This document shows positions 1 through 10,926 of a stretch of DNA of 35,547 bases, in pieces. The stretch covers positions 14,997,787 through 15,033,333 of the forward strand of contig NC_068996.1 of assembly GCF_001194135.2 (NCBI RefSeq), written 5' to 3'. The translations under genes and the position numbers were made by a program. The first letter of the stretch is position 1; each line of letters starts with the position of its first letter. The notes under the pieces are model-generated. The model was given only the letters and a program-made list of their open reading frames with translations. It had not been told where the DNA came from and did not search any database. The stretch comes from Octopus bimaculoides (lineage: Eukaryota).

Positions 1-19
1 ATATAATGTGTATGTGTGT

Positions 20-236
20 GTTTCTATCTGTGTCTGTCCGTAACTCCTCCGTTTGACCACTGATGTCGGTGTGTTTAAGTCCCCGCAACTTAGCTGTTCG
101 ACAAAAGAGACAGATAGAGTGAGTACCAAGTTGAAAAACGATATAAGTACTGAATGTCGATGTATTCGACTATAAACTCTTCAAGGTGGTACCGCATCAT
201 GGTCGCAGTCTAATGACTGAAACAAGAAAACAAAGA
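20..236 (+). mobile_element. SINE family A, 3' half (cut by window start)
   Basis: Matches the 3' half of the copy at 727-1175 (GTCCCCGCAACTTAGC...GTCGATGTATTCGACT...CGCAGTCTAATGACTGAAACAAG). Confidence 0.8.
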
Positions 237-726
237 TGAGACGTACATGTATATGTGCTTGTATGTGTGTGTGTGTGCGCGCGCGTTTGTGTGTGTGTAT
301 GTGTGTGTGTGTGTGTGTGAGTGCGTCTATGTGTCGTTGGTTCAAATGTTTTAATAATGATATTAATATATTGGACAGAGAGTTTCACGTATTTTAGTGC
401 TGTTACTTAAAGATGAAGACCAGAATGTGGGAGGCATGAACGGTGTGGTTAAACATTTTGCGTTGTAGTTATGAATTAATATCGGGTTCGATATCGATGC
501 TTTCCCTTTTCGGCAAGAGTTTATTTATACCCCACTCCCATCCACAATTTCAGTTTGACTCATTATCTTGAAAATTGAAATTCACAGACAGAAACTATGA
601 AGTGACCGCCATTTGTGCGTATGCTTGCATGTATATCTGTGAGGGAGCGTGACTTAGGATATTCTGCTGGCGAACGTTTTAAGAACTCAAAAAGAAATGT
701 CTAAAAGTAAATAAAATATTTAATCG

Positions 727-893
727 CAGGAGTGGCTGTGTGGTAAGTAGCTTGCTTACCAACAACATGGTTCCGGGTTCAGTCCCACTGCGTGGCGCTT
801 TGGGCAAGTATGTTCTACTATAGCCTCGGGCCGACCAAAGCCTTGTGAGTGGATTTGGTAGACGGAAACTGAAAGAAGCCTGTCGTATATATG

Positions 894-932
<39 letters not shown>

Positions 933-1175
933 TTGTGTGTCTNNNNNNNNNNTGTGTGTCTGTGTTTGTCCCCCCCCCCAACTTCACTTGACAACCGATG
1001 GTGGTGTGTATACGTCCCCGTAAGTTAGCGGTTCGGCAAAAAGAGCCCGATAGAATAAGTACTAGGCTTACAAAGAATAAGTCCTGGGGTCGATTTGCTC
1101 GACTAAAGGCGGTGCTCCAGCATGGCCGCAGTCAAATGACTGAAACAAGTAAATGAGTAAAGAGTAAAAGAGTAA
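727..1175 (+). mobile_element. SINE family A, full length (tRNA head + CORE-like segment + microsatellite slot + 3' module), OR-type octopus SINE-like
   Basis: A-box-like TGGCTGTGTGGT, B-box-like GGTTCAGTCCC, CORE-like GGCGCTTTGGGCAAG, internal (TA)/(GT)n, 3' CAGTC-AAAT-GACTG hairpin and GTAAAAGA-type tail. Several copies occur in the window. Confidence 0.9.
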
Positions 1176-1270
1176 TCCATAATCGTTTGGCCGACAAAAT
1201 ATATTTTGCTTTACGTACGGCTCTTCGGAACTTGGACTAAAGATTATGGATAAACTACTTCACATATATA

Positions 1271-1340
1271 TCTTTTATCTTTTATTTGTTCCGGTCATTA
1301 GACTGCGGCCATGCTGGGGCTCTGCTTTGAAGAATTTTTT
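1271..1340 (-). mobile_element. SINE family A, 3' end fragment
   Basis: Reverse complement of CCAGCATGGCCGCAGTCTAATGAC..AACAAATAAAAGATAAAAGA. Confidence 0.75.
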
Positions 1341-1350
1341 AGTCGGGTGA

Positions 1351-1646
1351 AGGCATGTGGCTTAGTGGTTGGGGTATTCGGCTCACAATTGTAACGTCCT
1401 GAGTTCGCTTCCCAGTAGCACGTTCTGTCCTTCAAGAAGAAATTTTACTTCACGTTGTTCAGTTCCACTCCGCTGGCAAAAATGAGTTGTACCCGTATTT
1501 CAAAAGGCCAGCCTTGTTATATTCTGTGTCATACTGAACACCTCTGAGAACTATGTTACGGGTACGGGTGTTTTTGGAGCGCTCAGCCGCTTGCACGTTA
1601 ATTTCACGAGCAGGCTGTTCTATTCGATCAACTAGAACCCTCATCG
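1351..1646 (+). mobile_element. SINE family B (tRNA head + CORE-like + distinct 3' body)
   Basis: TGGCTTAGTGGTT A box, GAGTTCGCTTCCC B box, CCACTCCGCTGGCAAAAATGAGT, GCACGTTAATTTCACGAGCAGGCTG. Homologous copy at 18143-18449. Confidence 0.85.
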
Positions 1647-2049
1647 GTGGAACCGACGAAGTGCGAGTTTTCTTCTTTTTTTTTTATGTATATCTGTCGT
1701 CGCAAGGATAATAAAATTCGAAATCCAGAGATCATCTTAGGCCACTCATAGCTGGAATGGTCCAAGCTTTGTCGAAATTAATTAGAGATATTGACAATAT
1801 ATGTTGGCTGACAGTAAACTTAAATGCCATTCTCCAATGGCAATGTACGGCTATACATGTACAATAGAGAGACCGAAACATTTCTTAGCGGTCAAGTACC
1901 AGCAACAACGTGTGTGCATACGTGCGTTCCTGATGAGTGCAAGAACATGTGGATTCTGGTTCGGATTCCATGTGCGCATGTCTATTCAGTCTCATTGGCA
2001 ATACGAAGAAGAAAAAAAAGAAGGGAGAAAAGTAAAAGAAGTAATGAAT

Positions 2050-2830
2050 GAATGAAAGAAAGAAAGAAAGAAAGAACGAAAGAAAGAACAGAGGGAGAGG
2101 GGTGGAAAGAAAAAATAGCAGAGGACATATGATGGAAGGAAGGAAGGAAAATGTAAAGGATAAAGAAATGAAGAAATGAAATAAAAAGGAGAAAGAAAGA
2201 AGGGAGAAAATTGAAAGAAGGAATAAGTGAGAGGAAGAATGGAAGAGTTTGTGCGTGATGTATGTATATGTCTGTTCATGTGTGCAAAGATCGAAACACC
2301 TATAATTTTATTTTGAAGAGTAAAAAGGTAAAAAAAAATGCCAATAATAAGAGGAGGACGTCAAAGAGAAGGAAGGAGGAGGAGAAATGAGTAGAAGGAG
2401 GACGAAGGATGGGGAGGAAGGAGAAAGAGGAGAAGAAAGAAGAACGGAGGAAGTGGAAGTAGGGGAAAAAGAAGAGTAAGTGTTGGAAGATGAGATGTAG
2501 AGGAAGAAGAATAAAAAGGTGGTGAAGGAAGAGAAGAAACGGAGGAGGAGGAGGAGGATGAGGAGGAGGAGTAGAGGAAGAAGGAGGTGAGAAAGATGAA
2601 GGAGGTGAGAAAGATGAAGGAGGAGGAGGAGGAGGAGGTGAAGTAGGGGAAGAAGGAGGTGAAGTAGATGAAGGAGGAGGAGGAGGAAGAGGTGAAGTAG
2701 GGGAAGAAGGAGGTGAAGAAGATGAAGGAGGAGGAGGAGGAAGAGGTGAAGTAGGGGAAGAAGGAGGTGAAGAAGATGAAGGAGGAGGAGGAGGAGGAGG
2801 AGGAAGGTGAGGAGAAGAAGAAAAGGAGGG
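2050..2830. repeat. Polypurine low-complexity tract with a 54-bp GGA/GAA-based minisatellite (about 3 units, ~2636-2800)
   Basis: Nearly C-free plus strand; repeated unit AGAGGTGAAGTAGGGGAAGAAGGAGGTGAAGAAGATGAAGGAGGAGGAGGAGGA. Confidence 0.9.
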
Positions 2831-3313
2831 GGACCTCTATTGAACTAAGTGCAGTGAATTCTATCTTCTACCGTGGAGGCAAAAGCTGCCTGTGAACACG
2901 GGTCGTCGGAAGCTTAACTATTGATAGATGGCGCTCTCTTGACAAAGGAAATGAAGTTTACAAAGGAAAAGCAACGGAAATTGTGAGAGGTTCAAGTGTT
3001 TGTGAAGAGGATTTTAGATTTAAGTGTAGCAACATTAAAACTACACATCGGGGGCAGAGAAATGGATCACTGGAATCATTTATTGCTTTTTTGTTTTTGT
3101 TTTTCTTTCAAGCTATTCTTGGTGCTAAAGAGAAAGAGAGAGGGGGGGCACAGATAATGATATTTTTCTTCCTTTACATAAGCACAATAAATCCAATTTA
3201 TTGACTAATACAAAATTAATAATAACAATAATAATAATGTTAGTAGTAGTAGTAGTATTATGGTGGTGGTGGTGGTGGTGGTGATGATGGTNNNNNNNNN
3301 NAGTAGTAGTAGT

Positions 3314-3572
3314 AATGGAATCTCCCTCGAATATGACGTATCAGTGTCCAGCTTTTGCCGAACGACCTGCCCAAATTATTTGTTTATAGTGATCAAATGT
3401 ATGTGCTGTACATTAGCTCCTCCCTTCGTCAAACTAACGTTGCCTGAAGAGGTCCACTGTGTGCTAAGCATCAAGTGTCGAAGTGATCGCTTAAGAACAC
3501 AACGCACCGCTCGGTCTAGGAATTGAAGCCACAATCTCGTGGTCCTGAGTGCAACACCCTAACCACTAAGCC
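3314..3572 (-). mobile_element. SINE family E (B-like tRNA head, different 3' body)
   Basis: Minus strand GGCTTAGTGGTTAGGGTGTTGCACTC...TTCAATTCC, then TGATCACTATAAACAAATAATTTGGGCAGGTCGTTCGGCAAAAGCTG. Second fragment at 23890-23972. Confidence 0.8.
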
Positions 3573-3602
<30 letters not shown>

Positions 3603-3604
<2 letters not shown>

Positions 3605-4153
3605 GCCCGGATGCAGTACCAAGCTGTAGCTCTCATGGCTTCTGATCTTGATTGGAAGTGTTATCATGTACATTGTTTTGTCTTGGTATAAAAGATGGGC
3701 TACAGCAAATATTCTGCTCAATACCACAGATTTGCTTGTCAGATGTTTAACCTTAACCAGTTGAGCATGTCCCTTGGTGGCTGACGATATGTGCATCTCT
3801 GATCACGAGCAGAAGTAGTGGGGGAGCATCATAGCCATGTGTTGAGAGGAATTCTTTGGGATTTAAATAATTCACCTTTGGAAACATGGGTGTTTTGCTC
3901 AACATCCTTAAACAAACCTTATTCGGGACCTTTTGAGCGGGATGGGATACTCGACCTGAAGAAAATTCTAACTGGGTCCCACCTGCGAGGTCATGTGCTG
4001 TTTATCTTGATATGAGATCACCATGTCGCACACATATGGTTGTGATGCATGTGCCTGGTATACCCTTATCAGACGGGTAGTCATGATGGGTATACTGGGC
4101 TTCGTATATTTTATCCAGTGTCACTTTGATGGCATGCACTGCTCTCTCACTCC
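3603..4153 (+). mobile_element. 550-bp non-coding element flanked by (TAA)n on both sides; probable non-autonomous retroelement
   Basis: (TAA)n at 3573-3602 and 4154-4180; no recognisable ORF or Pol III boxes; 3' motif GCATGCACTGCT. Strand is inferred from that motif and the tail. Confidence 0.65.
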
Positions 4154-4180
4154 ATAATAATAATAATAATAATAATAATA

Positions 4181-4632
4181 TTTTTTTTATTGGTCATAAG
4201 GGCCTAAGACATGACAGACAATATAAAAGGAGGAGATACAACGCACGAAAACAGGTGGAGTTTACATCGATCAGAGGGAGAAAATATTAAAGGATACGGC
4301 AAAGGATACATAAACAGAAGTTAAAGAAATAATTAAATACTTAATTAATTATCTAATTAATAGAATCTCCAGGAGCGAGTGATTCGGGGTGAACCCCACG
4401 CAAAACACCCGGAGTACTCTGTAATCCGCAAGGTGTGGGGAACACCCTCTTCCAGTTTTTTTTCTGCTACTTCGAAAAGCAGAGAAGATCCATTCAGTCT
4501 CACCAGTCTTGCCACTGTCAGCCACCAGAGAGCAGCACCTCCCTATCTACCGTCACCTTCCACTTCAAATGATATTTGAAGAAATTGATGAGGGCTTGAC
4601 CAGATAGGAAAGTGCCTGTCTTCAAACTTTTT
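4181..4632 (-). mobile_element. L1/Tx1-clade LINE, 3' end (ORF2 C-terminus, 3' UTR, AATAAA/A-tail)
   Basis: Minus-strand peptide AMEKSLKTGTFLSGQALINFFKYHLKWKVTVDREVLLS, followed by a pyrimidine-rich UTR ending CCAATAAAAAAAA. Confidence 0.7.
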
Positions 4633-4642
4633 TCCATAGCCA

Positions 4643-5880
4643 CTAAGGGTGAGGAACCAGACAGAGAGTGTACTAGGGGAGGAGCAGTGTGGTTTTAGGA
4701 GTGGAAGAGGGCGTGCAGATCAAATATTTGTAGTAAGACAGATGTGTGAGAAGGCATATGACCATGTGATTAGGGATGCCATGTGGCTGGTGTTGCGGTT
4801 GTATGGAGTAGATGGTAGATTTTTGAGAGCTGTTCAGAGTTTTTATGGAGTGCTTTAAGGTGAGTGGTCTTATGTGATGGTAGGGTTAAGACAGGGTTGT
4901 GTGATGCCACCGTGGTTGATGTAGTGAGAGAGGTAAATGCTAGAACCCTCGGTGAGAGAAAATGGAGAGAAATGGCAGGTGAGTCAGTTGTTATTTGCTG
5001 ATGATACAGTACTGGTGGTGGATTCAGAAGAGCAACTGAGGAGACTGGTGGTAGTGTTTGGAAGAGTGTGTGAGAGGAGGAAACTGAAAGTGAATGTAGT
5101 TGAGAGTAAGGTGATGAGATGTTTAAGAGATGGAAGGGCTGGTAGGATGGATGTGAGTATAAATGGTGCAGATGTTAGAGAAGGTGAGTGTTTTTAAGTA
5201 TCTTGGATTGCAGAGGGGGTGAGTAGCTAAGGAAGTGAGATATAGAGTGAGGGAGGGTAGTAAGATACTGGGAGTTGTGAAAGACATGCTGAGAGATAAG
5301 AGGTTGAATATGAACATAGAAAGAGGTGTGTATGAGGGCGTGATTGTGCCGACAATGTGATATGGTGCAGAGACTTGGAGGCTGAGAGAGGCAGAAAGGA
5401 GGAAACTAGATGTGTTTGAGATGAGATTTTGAGGGCTATGATTGGTGCGACACGGATAGACACGATGAGGAATGAGGAGGTGCAAAGGCGAACATGAAGA
5501 CAAATTTTGAGATGGTTTGGCCACATGGAGAGGATGGATGAGGAGCAGATGGTAAGGAGGGTGATGAAGGCAGAAGTTATAGGCAGCAGAATCAGAAGGA
5601 AACCTTGGTTTGTGTGGATGGATGGAGTGAGGAAGGCTTTGATGGTTCGAGGTGTTGGAGTGAGAGAGGCAAGAGAGTTTATGAATGATAAGAAAGCTTG
5701 GAGAGTATTTGTGGACAGATGGGTAAATTTGATGTTGCTCAAAGGGGTACGGAACCAGCATGACGTGGCGAGGATTAAACCAGCATATGCTGTCGGGCCC
5801 CGCTGCTGATATTTGGGGTTGCATTCTATGCCTTGACCCGTGCATAAAACGGGGCTCACTTTTTTGAGCTGGGAAATAAA
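4643..5880 (+). mobile_element. RTE-clade LINE, 5'-truncated and degraded reverse transcriptase
   Basis: Peptides GEEQCGFRSGRG, EKAYDHV, GLRQGCVM, VSQLLFADDTVLV, KYLG, YGAETW, RWFGHMERM, with stops, frameshifts and deletions. The 3' boundary is approximate. Confidence 0.95.
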
Positions 5881-5942
5881 TGGAACGCCTGGTATGTGTC
5901 TTATAGCTACCCCCTCTTAAAAAATTGAGGTATAAACCTGGG

Positions 5943-5989
<47 letters not shown>

Positions 5990-6016
5990 TAAGATCTGTC
6001 TTCTTTCTCTGCTAAG

Positions 6017-6199
6017 GAAAGATGCATATCTAAAAGATCTGCAATATATGCTCAGCGGACAACTGGATTCGTCTTACACGAGACGTGGGCTCAACACAAG
6101 CCCACAAATCTGTTATGCACGGACACTGAACGATTGCCAGCAGGACAGTTTCGTCGCCCTGCATGTATAATAACAGCAAATAAAAGAAATGGTAATGGT
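6017..6199 (+). other. Weak candidate 183-bp internal exon (unverified)
   Basis: Pyrimidine tract TCTTCTTTCTCTGCTAAG acceptor, open 61-codon phase-0 frame, GTAAGT donor at 6200. No protein family recognised. Confidence 0.15.
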
Positions 6200-6344
6200 G
6201 TAAGTTTCAAGGATTCATAAATTTTTACTATAAATTTTGATTTTGTTTGTTTTTGTATTTACTTTATAGAACTTTTTATATGAAATCCAGTCTTCAAGCA
6301 GACGATGCTCTGTCCTGAGAGCGTCATTTTGCCAATAAACACAA

Positions 6345-6426
6345 GCACACACACACACGCACACACATACACACACACTCACGCGCGCGCGCGCGCGCGC
6401 GCGCACATACACGCGCGCGCACGCAC

Positions 6427-6456
<30 letters not shown>
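6345..6456. repeat. (CA)n-(CG)n-(CA)n alternating purine-pyrimidine microsatellite
   Basis: Direct reading; contains a run of about 11 CG dinucleotides. Confidence 0.95.
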
Positions 6457-6457
<1 letters not shown>

Positions 6458-6874
6458 ATAGTACTTGTTATATGTCGCTTCGTTTTATTAGTCGACTAGT
6501 TAGCTAATTAAAAAAAATTAATTAACCAGTTTCTTGTCTTAGTGTTCGAACAATCAATCAATCAAAAATAATCAATCAGCAGAATTGTCTGTGTCCTTTG
6601 AACATTACTGGTGACCTCATCAAGTAGATGTTCTCGTTACTTCAGATCGGTTTTCCATAGCTGCTTTTGTTGTTGCTGTTGTTATTACTGTTGGTTATCC
6701 TTATCTTGCCTTTGAGTAGAACCTGCACTAACAATGTTTCATCCATGAACATCCATGCAGTTTTCAGTTTTTGTTCTGGAGCTGTATCATCTATTGTCTC
6801 CGCTCTCCGCCATTTCAAGTTAGTATAGTAACGTTTGAAAGAATCTTGACAGATATTTCAAGCTGATCCAGTAA

Positions 6875-6993
6875 TCGAGTAGAGACAGGCCCACGAGCAG
6901 AGACAGGCCCTCGAGTAGAGACAGACCCTCGGGTAGAGACAGGCCCTCGAGTAGAAACAGGCCCTCGGGTAGAGACAGGCTCTCGAGTAGAGA
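6875..6993. repeat. 18-bp minisatellite, about 6.5 copies
   Basis: Unit GTAGAGACAGGCCCTCG(A/G) with single substitutions; reads STRGPV repeats on the minus strand. Confidence 0.95.
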
Positions 6994-7569
6994 GAAGTTC
7001 TTCGGATCCGGCACTGTTTAAAGTTCCGATTCTGATTATACATACATACATACGCATATATATATATATATANNNNNNNNNNNNNNNNNNNNNNNNNNNN
7101 NNNNNNNNNNNNNNNNNNNNNNNNNNNNNNNNNNNNNNNNNNNNNNNNNNNNNNNNNNNNNNNNNNNNNNNNNNNNNNNNNNNNNNNNNNNNNNNNNNNN
7201 NNNNNNNNNNNNNNNNNNNNNNNNNNNNNNNNNNNNNNNNNNNNNNNNNNNNNNNNNNNNNNNNNNNNNNNNNNNNNNNNNNNNNNNNNNNNNNNNNNNN
7301 NNNNNNNNNNNNNNNNNNNNNNNNNNNNNNNNNNNNNNNNNNNNNNNNNNNATATATATATATATATATATATACATACACACGGCATCTACTATGTCTT
7401 CGCTAAATGCTATAGTCACGAAAAGACATACGGTCTCTCGGCTACATAAGATCCGGTGGATTTTCGAAGATGTGACAACTGAAGGGAGGGAAAAGGAGGT
7501 GGTGGGCACCGCCCATATTTTAATTGAACAAAATGGAACTACGTTAAATGATACGCTTTGATCAACGAT

Positions 7570-7652
7570 GCAATGCACGTCTAATCCAGAAATCGATCAC
7601 TCGACCTTACGATTGGGATCCCACCACTCACCACTGGGTTACGCACTTTCGC
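7570..7652 (-). mobile_element. Degenerate SINE tRNA-like head
   Basis: Plus strand AATCGATCACTCGACCTTACGATTGGGA...CCACTGGGTTACGC resembles a reversed B/E head. Confidence 0.45.
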
Positions 7653-8069
7653 CACTTACTAATTAAAGGCACTAATTAAAACAGTAATTAAATAGAAACA
7701 AGATTTCTATATAAGATTACATCAGCAAAATCGTCACACACCGCAACGTACACACAATTGCAAATATTCAACATACATTCTATACAACACATACACATAC
7801 AAGTCTGTTATGCTCATCATTGCTGGAGTGATTAAAACATTTTAAATTGTTATAAATGTTATAACATTTATACATTCTGCTCCACCTGACATTGGTACAT
7901 TTAAGAATTATATTCTCCCTCTTGTATATAATGCAATATATGCTGACAGAGACTTCGAATTTTCGGCTTTACTAGCCCAGCGCAGTGTAAAAATTGAGAA
8001 AGATTACTGTTAGTATTTATTACTGGATGGGTCAATTCAAAGTTATTTTAATTTTAGATATGATTTCAC

Positions 8070-8490
8070 ATAGGCGTGTCTGTGCGGTAAGAAGTTTCTT
8101 TTTCAATCACATGGTAACGGGTTCAGTCCCACTGCGTGGCTCCTTTGGTGTTTGTCTTCTCGGGCCGACCAAAGTCTTGTGAGTGGATTTGGTAGACGGA
8201 CACAGAAAAAGCCTGTCGCATAGGCGTGTGTGTGTGTGTGTCTGTCTGTATGTACGTGTGTTTGTGTGCTGGTATCTGTATTTGTCCCTCATCACCGCTT
8301 GATAACTGGTGTTGGTGTGTTTACGATCCCGTAACTTTGCAGTTCGGCTAAAGGGTAAGATAAAATAAGTATCAGACTTTAAAAAGTACTGGGGTCGATT
8401 GGTTCGACTAAAATTCTTCGAGGTGGTGTGCCCCAGCGTGGCCGCGGTCTAATGACTAAAACAAGTAAAAAAAAAAGATCAAAAGAAAAA
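8070..8490 (+). mobile_element. SINE family A, older full-length copy
   Basis: Collinear with 727-1175, including the GT-rich internal slot and the 3' GGCCGCGGTCTAATGACTAAAACAAG. Confidence 0.88.
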
Positions 8491-8971
8491 AAGACATTGA
8501 TGTATGTACATGTAACAAGAGGAAACTCCCTACGGGACGAGAGGACAGCTGCAAGAGTTTTCAGAGGAAGAACTCCAGTTAAACAAGTGTTTCGACCCGT
8601 AAGTTTCTGACACACTAAGGTCGCCCCCTACCCTCACCAGCTCGTGACCCCTAAATGTCCTCTGTACTCCGGTATCTTTGTGTGATATTTACTGCTTGGA
8701 TACAAGGACCACCGCTTGGACTTGCACTGTTTCGAACTAGTTCCTCTTTCTCCTATGTTTAACGGATTGCAGTATTAATTTTTAGTTTCGTCTATCATTA
8801 TTTTCGCTCATAGCTGCATGTCCTTCTCTGCGGTGTCTGACAAGCGTTTCATCGTCGATATTCTATTACGTTCATTGATTCCGATATGTCATAGTAGTTA
8901 ATACATGGAAACTGCGATAAATTTTCGTGCGCCAGCCTCCACCGCCTCTACTGTGTAATGGTAACCCACTT

Positions 8972-9243
8972 CACTAGCGTAGCTAGAGGATCGTTGAGGA
9001 GTGGTCCACCCCGGGCGGCACTTTTTATGAGGCGGCACCACTTTTGGGTTAGCTCTAGGTTATAAACTTGTATCGGCTGTATTGAAGTCAAATAAGAGTG
9101 GTTTTAATGTCGGGACACTGACGCTACACACAGTTAAATGCAACAATCGATATAGTCACTCTGCAATATATATTTTTGAGGAGGTCCGACAGCGGCAAAC
9201 TGGAGAGTCACCCTGGGCGGCACACACTCTAGTTACACCACTG
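8972..9243. mobile_element. hAT-type MITE (272 bp)
   Basis: Imperfect 17-bp TIRs CACTAGCGTAGCTAGAG / CTCTAGTTACACCACTG; 8-bp flanks ACCCACTT and CCCCACCT (6/8); subterminal GGGCGGCAC repeats. Confidence 0.75.
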
Positions 9244-9988
9244 CCCCACCTTTGTTAGTTCTTTCAGAAGGTCATCGTATTTCCCCATCTTGTTCCACTT
9301 TGTTCCACTTCAAATGGTTGGTCTTTAATGAAAGATCATGCGTAGCTCACATGATGAAGTATTTCTAAGCGGTGCCAACTTCCACACATGATATTTATGG
9401 TACTGCAGATTTATGGTACCAAAAACATGAAACATAACGTGTTTATTTGCTTGTGCATATTTGAGTATGACATGTGTTCGGTGTATGACGTTTGAATATA
9501 TAAATGGGCGATAACCTCCTGTCTTTTTGGTAGCCAATAAAATATTAACAACAGTTTATTTTTCAATGTGTTAGCGAACGAATGTTTGTTTGTATATGCA
9601 TTGTTATGCTTCTTACCACCTTTGATGTTCGGGGATGTCTGAATTATCTTAGAATTTGGTTTCAAGAATCTTCAATTGCTAATAACGTGCGCGTGTGTGT
9701 GTGTCACAACATCTAATGCCTATACTCATATTCCACATGAGTCCACATACACAAACATCCTCACATAAATATGTTCATTCGTACATACACATGCATACAT
9801 ATATACATTGTATCATACTTGCTTACACACATACACATACATCAATTCATATATATATATATAAATANNNNNNNNNNNNNNNNNNNNNNNNNNNNNNNNN
9901 NNNNNNNNNNNNNNNNNNNNNNNNNNNNNNNNNNNNNNNNNNNNNNNNNNNNNNNNNNNNNNNNNNNNNNNNNNNNNNNNNNNNNNNN

Positions 9989-10026
<38 letters not shown>

Positions 10027-10260
10027 ATATACATATATATATACACAGCAACATGTATACATACATGTATACCTGTATATATATTTATATATACATACAT
10101 ACACAGATACTCAAACTCAAAGACATTCATGAATACAAATGATTTCTTGGTATGCTCACATACCAAGTTTCGATGTTTTATATCGAAAGTGTCGGCATAA
10201 GTCTGGACTTTCTGGCGCTACACGCACACACACACACACACACGCACATATATATATATT

Positions 10261-10291
<31 letters not shown>

Positions 10292-10839
10292 NNNNNNNNN
10301 NNNNNNNNNNNNNNNNNNNNNNNNNNNNNNNNNNNNNNNNNNNNNNNNNNNNNNNNNNNNNNNNNNNNNNNNNNNNNNNNNNNNNNNNNNNNNNNNNNNN
10401 NNNNNNNNNNNNNNNNNNNNNNNNNNNNNNNNNNNNNNNNNNNNNNNNNNNNNNNNNNNNNNNNNNNNNNNNNNNNNNNNNNNNNNNNNNNNNNNNNNNN
10501 NNNNNNNNNNNNNNNNNNNNNNNNNNNNNNNNNNNNNNNNNNNNNNNNNNNNNNNNNNNNNNNNNNNNNNNNNNNNNNNNNNNNNNNNNNNNNNNNNNNN
10601 NNNNNNNNNNNNNNNNNNNNNNNNNNNNNNNNNNNNNNNNNNNNNNNNNNNNNNNNNNNNNNNNNNNNNNNNNNNNNNNNNNNNNNNNNNNNNNNNNNNN
10701 NNNNNNNNNNNNNNNNNNNNNNNNNNNNNNNNNNNNNNNNNNNNNNNNNNNNNNNNNNNNNNNNNNNNNNNNNNNNNNNNNNNNNNNNNNNNNNNNNNNN
10801 NNNNNNNNNNNNNNNNNNNNNNNNNNGTCGTGTTTTCTA

Positions 10840-10850
<11 letters not shown>

Positions 10851-10925
<75 letters not shown>
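10851..10925. repeat. (TAA)n array; a second array lies at 11089-11136
   Basis: Direct reading. Confidence 0.98.

Positions 10926-10926
<1 letters not shown>

Noticed and set aside
1874-1940. GAAAC...GTC...CTGATGAG, a possible type II hammerhead
   Set aside because: Helices II and III do not pair beyond one or two bases.
5123-5859. 240-aa and 210-aa minus-strand ORFs
   Set aside because: Antisense shadows of the purine-rich RTE coding strand.
6875-6993. CRISPR-like periodicity
   Set aside because: Units are contiguous with no unique spacers; eukaryotic context; no cas genes.
7851-7872. Perfect 22-bp palindrome TATAAATGTTATAACATTTATA
   Set aside because: Very AT-rich and isolated, with no associated element or supporting context.
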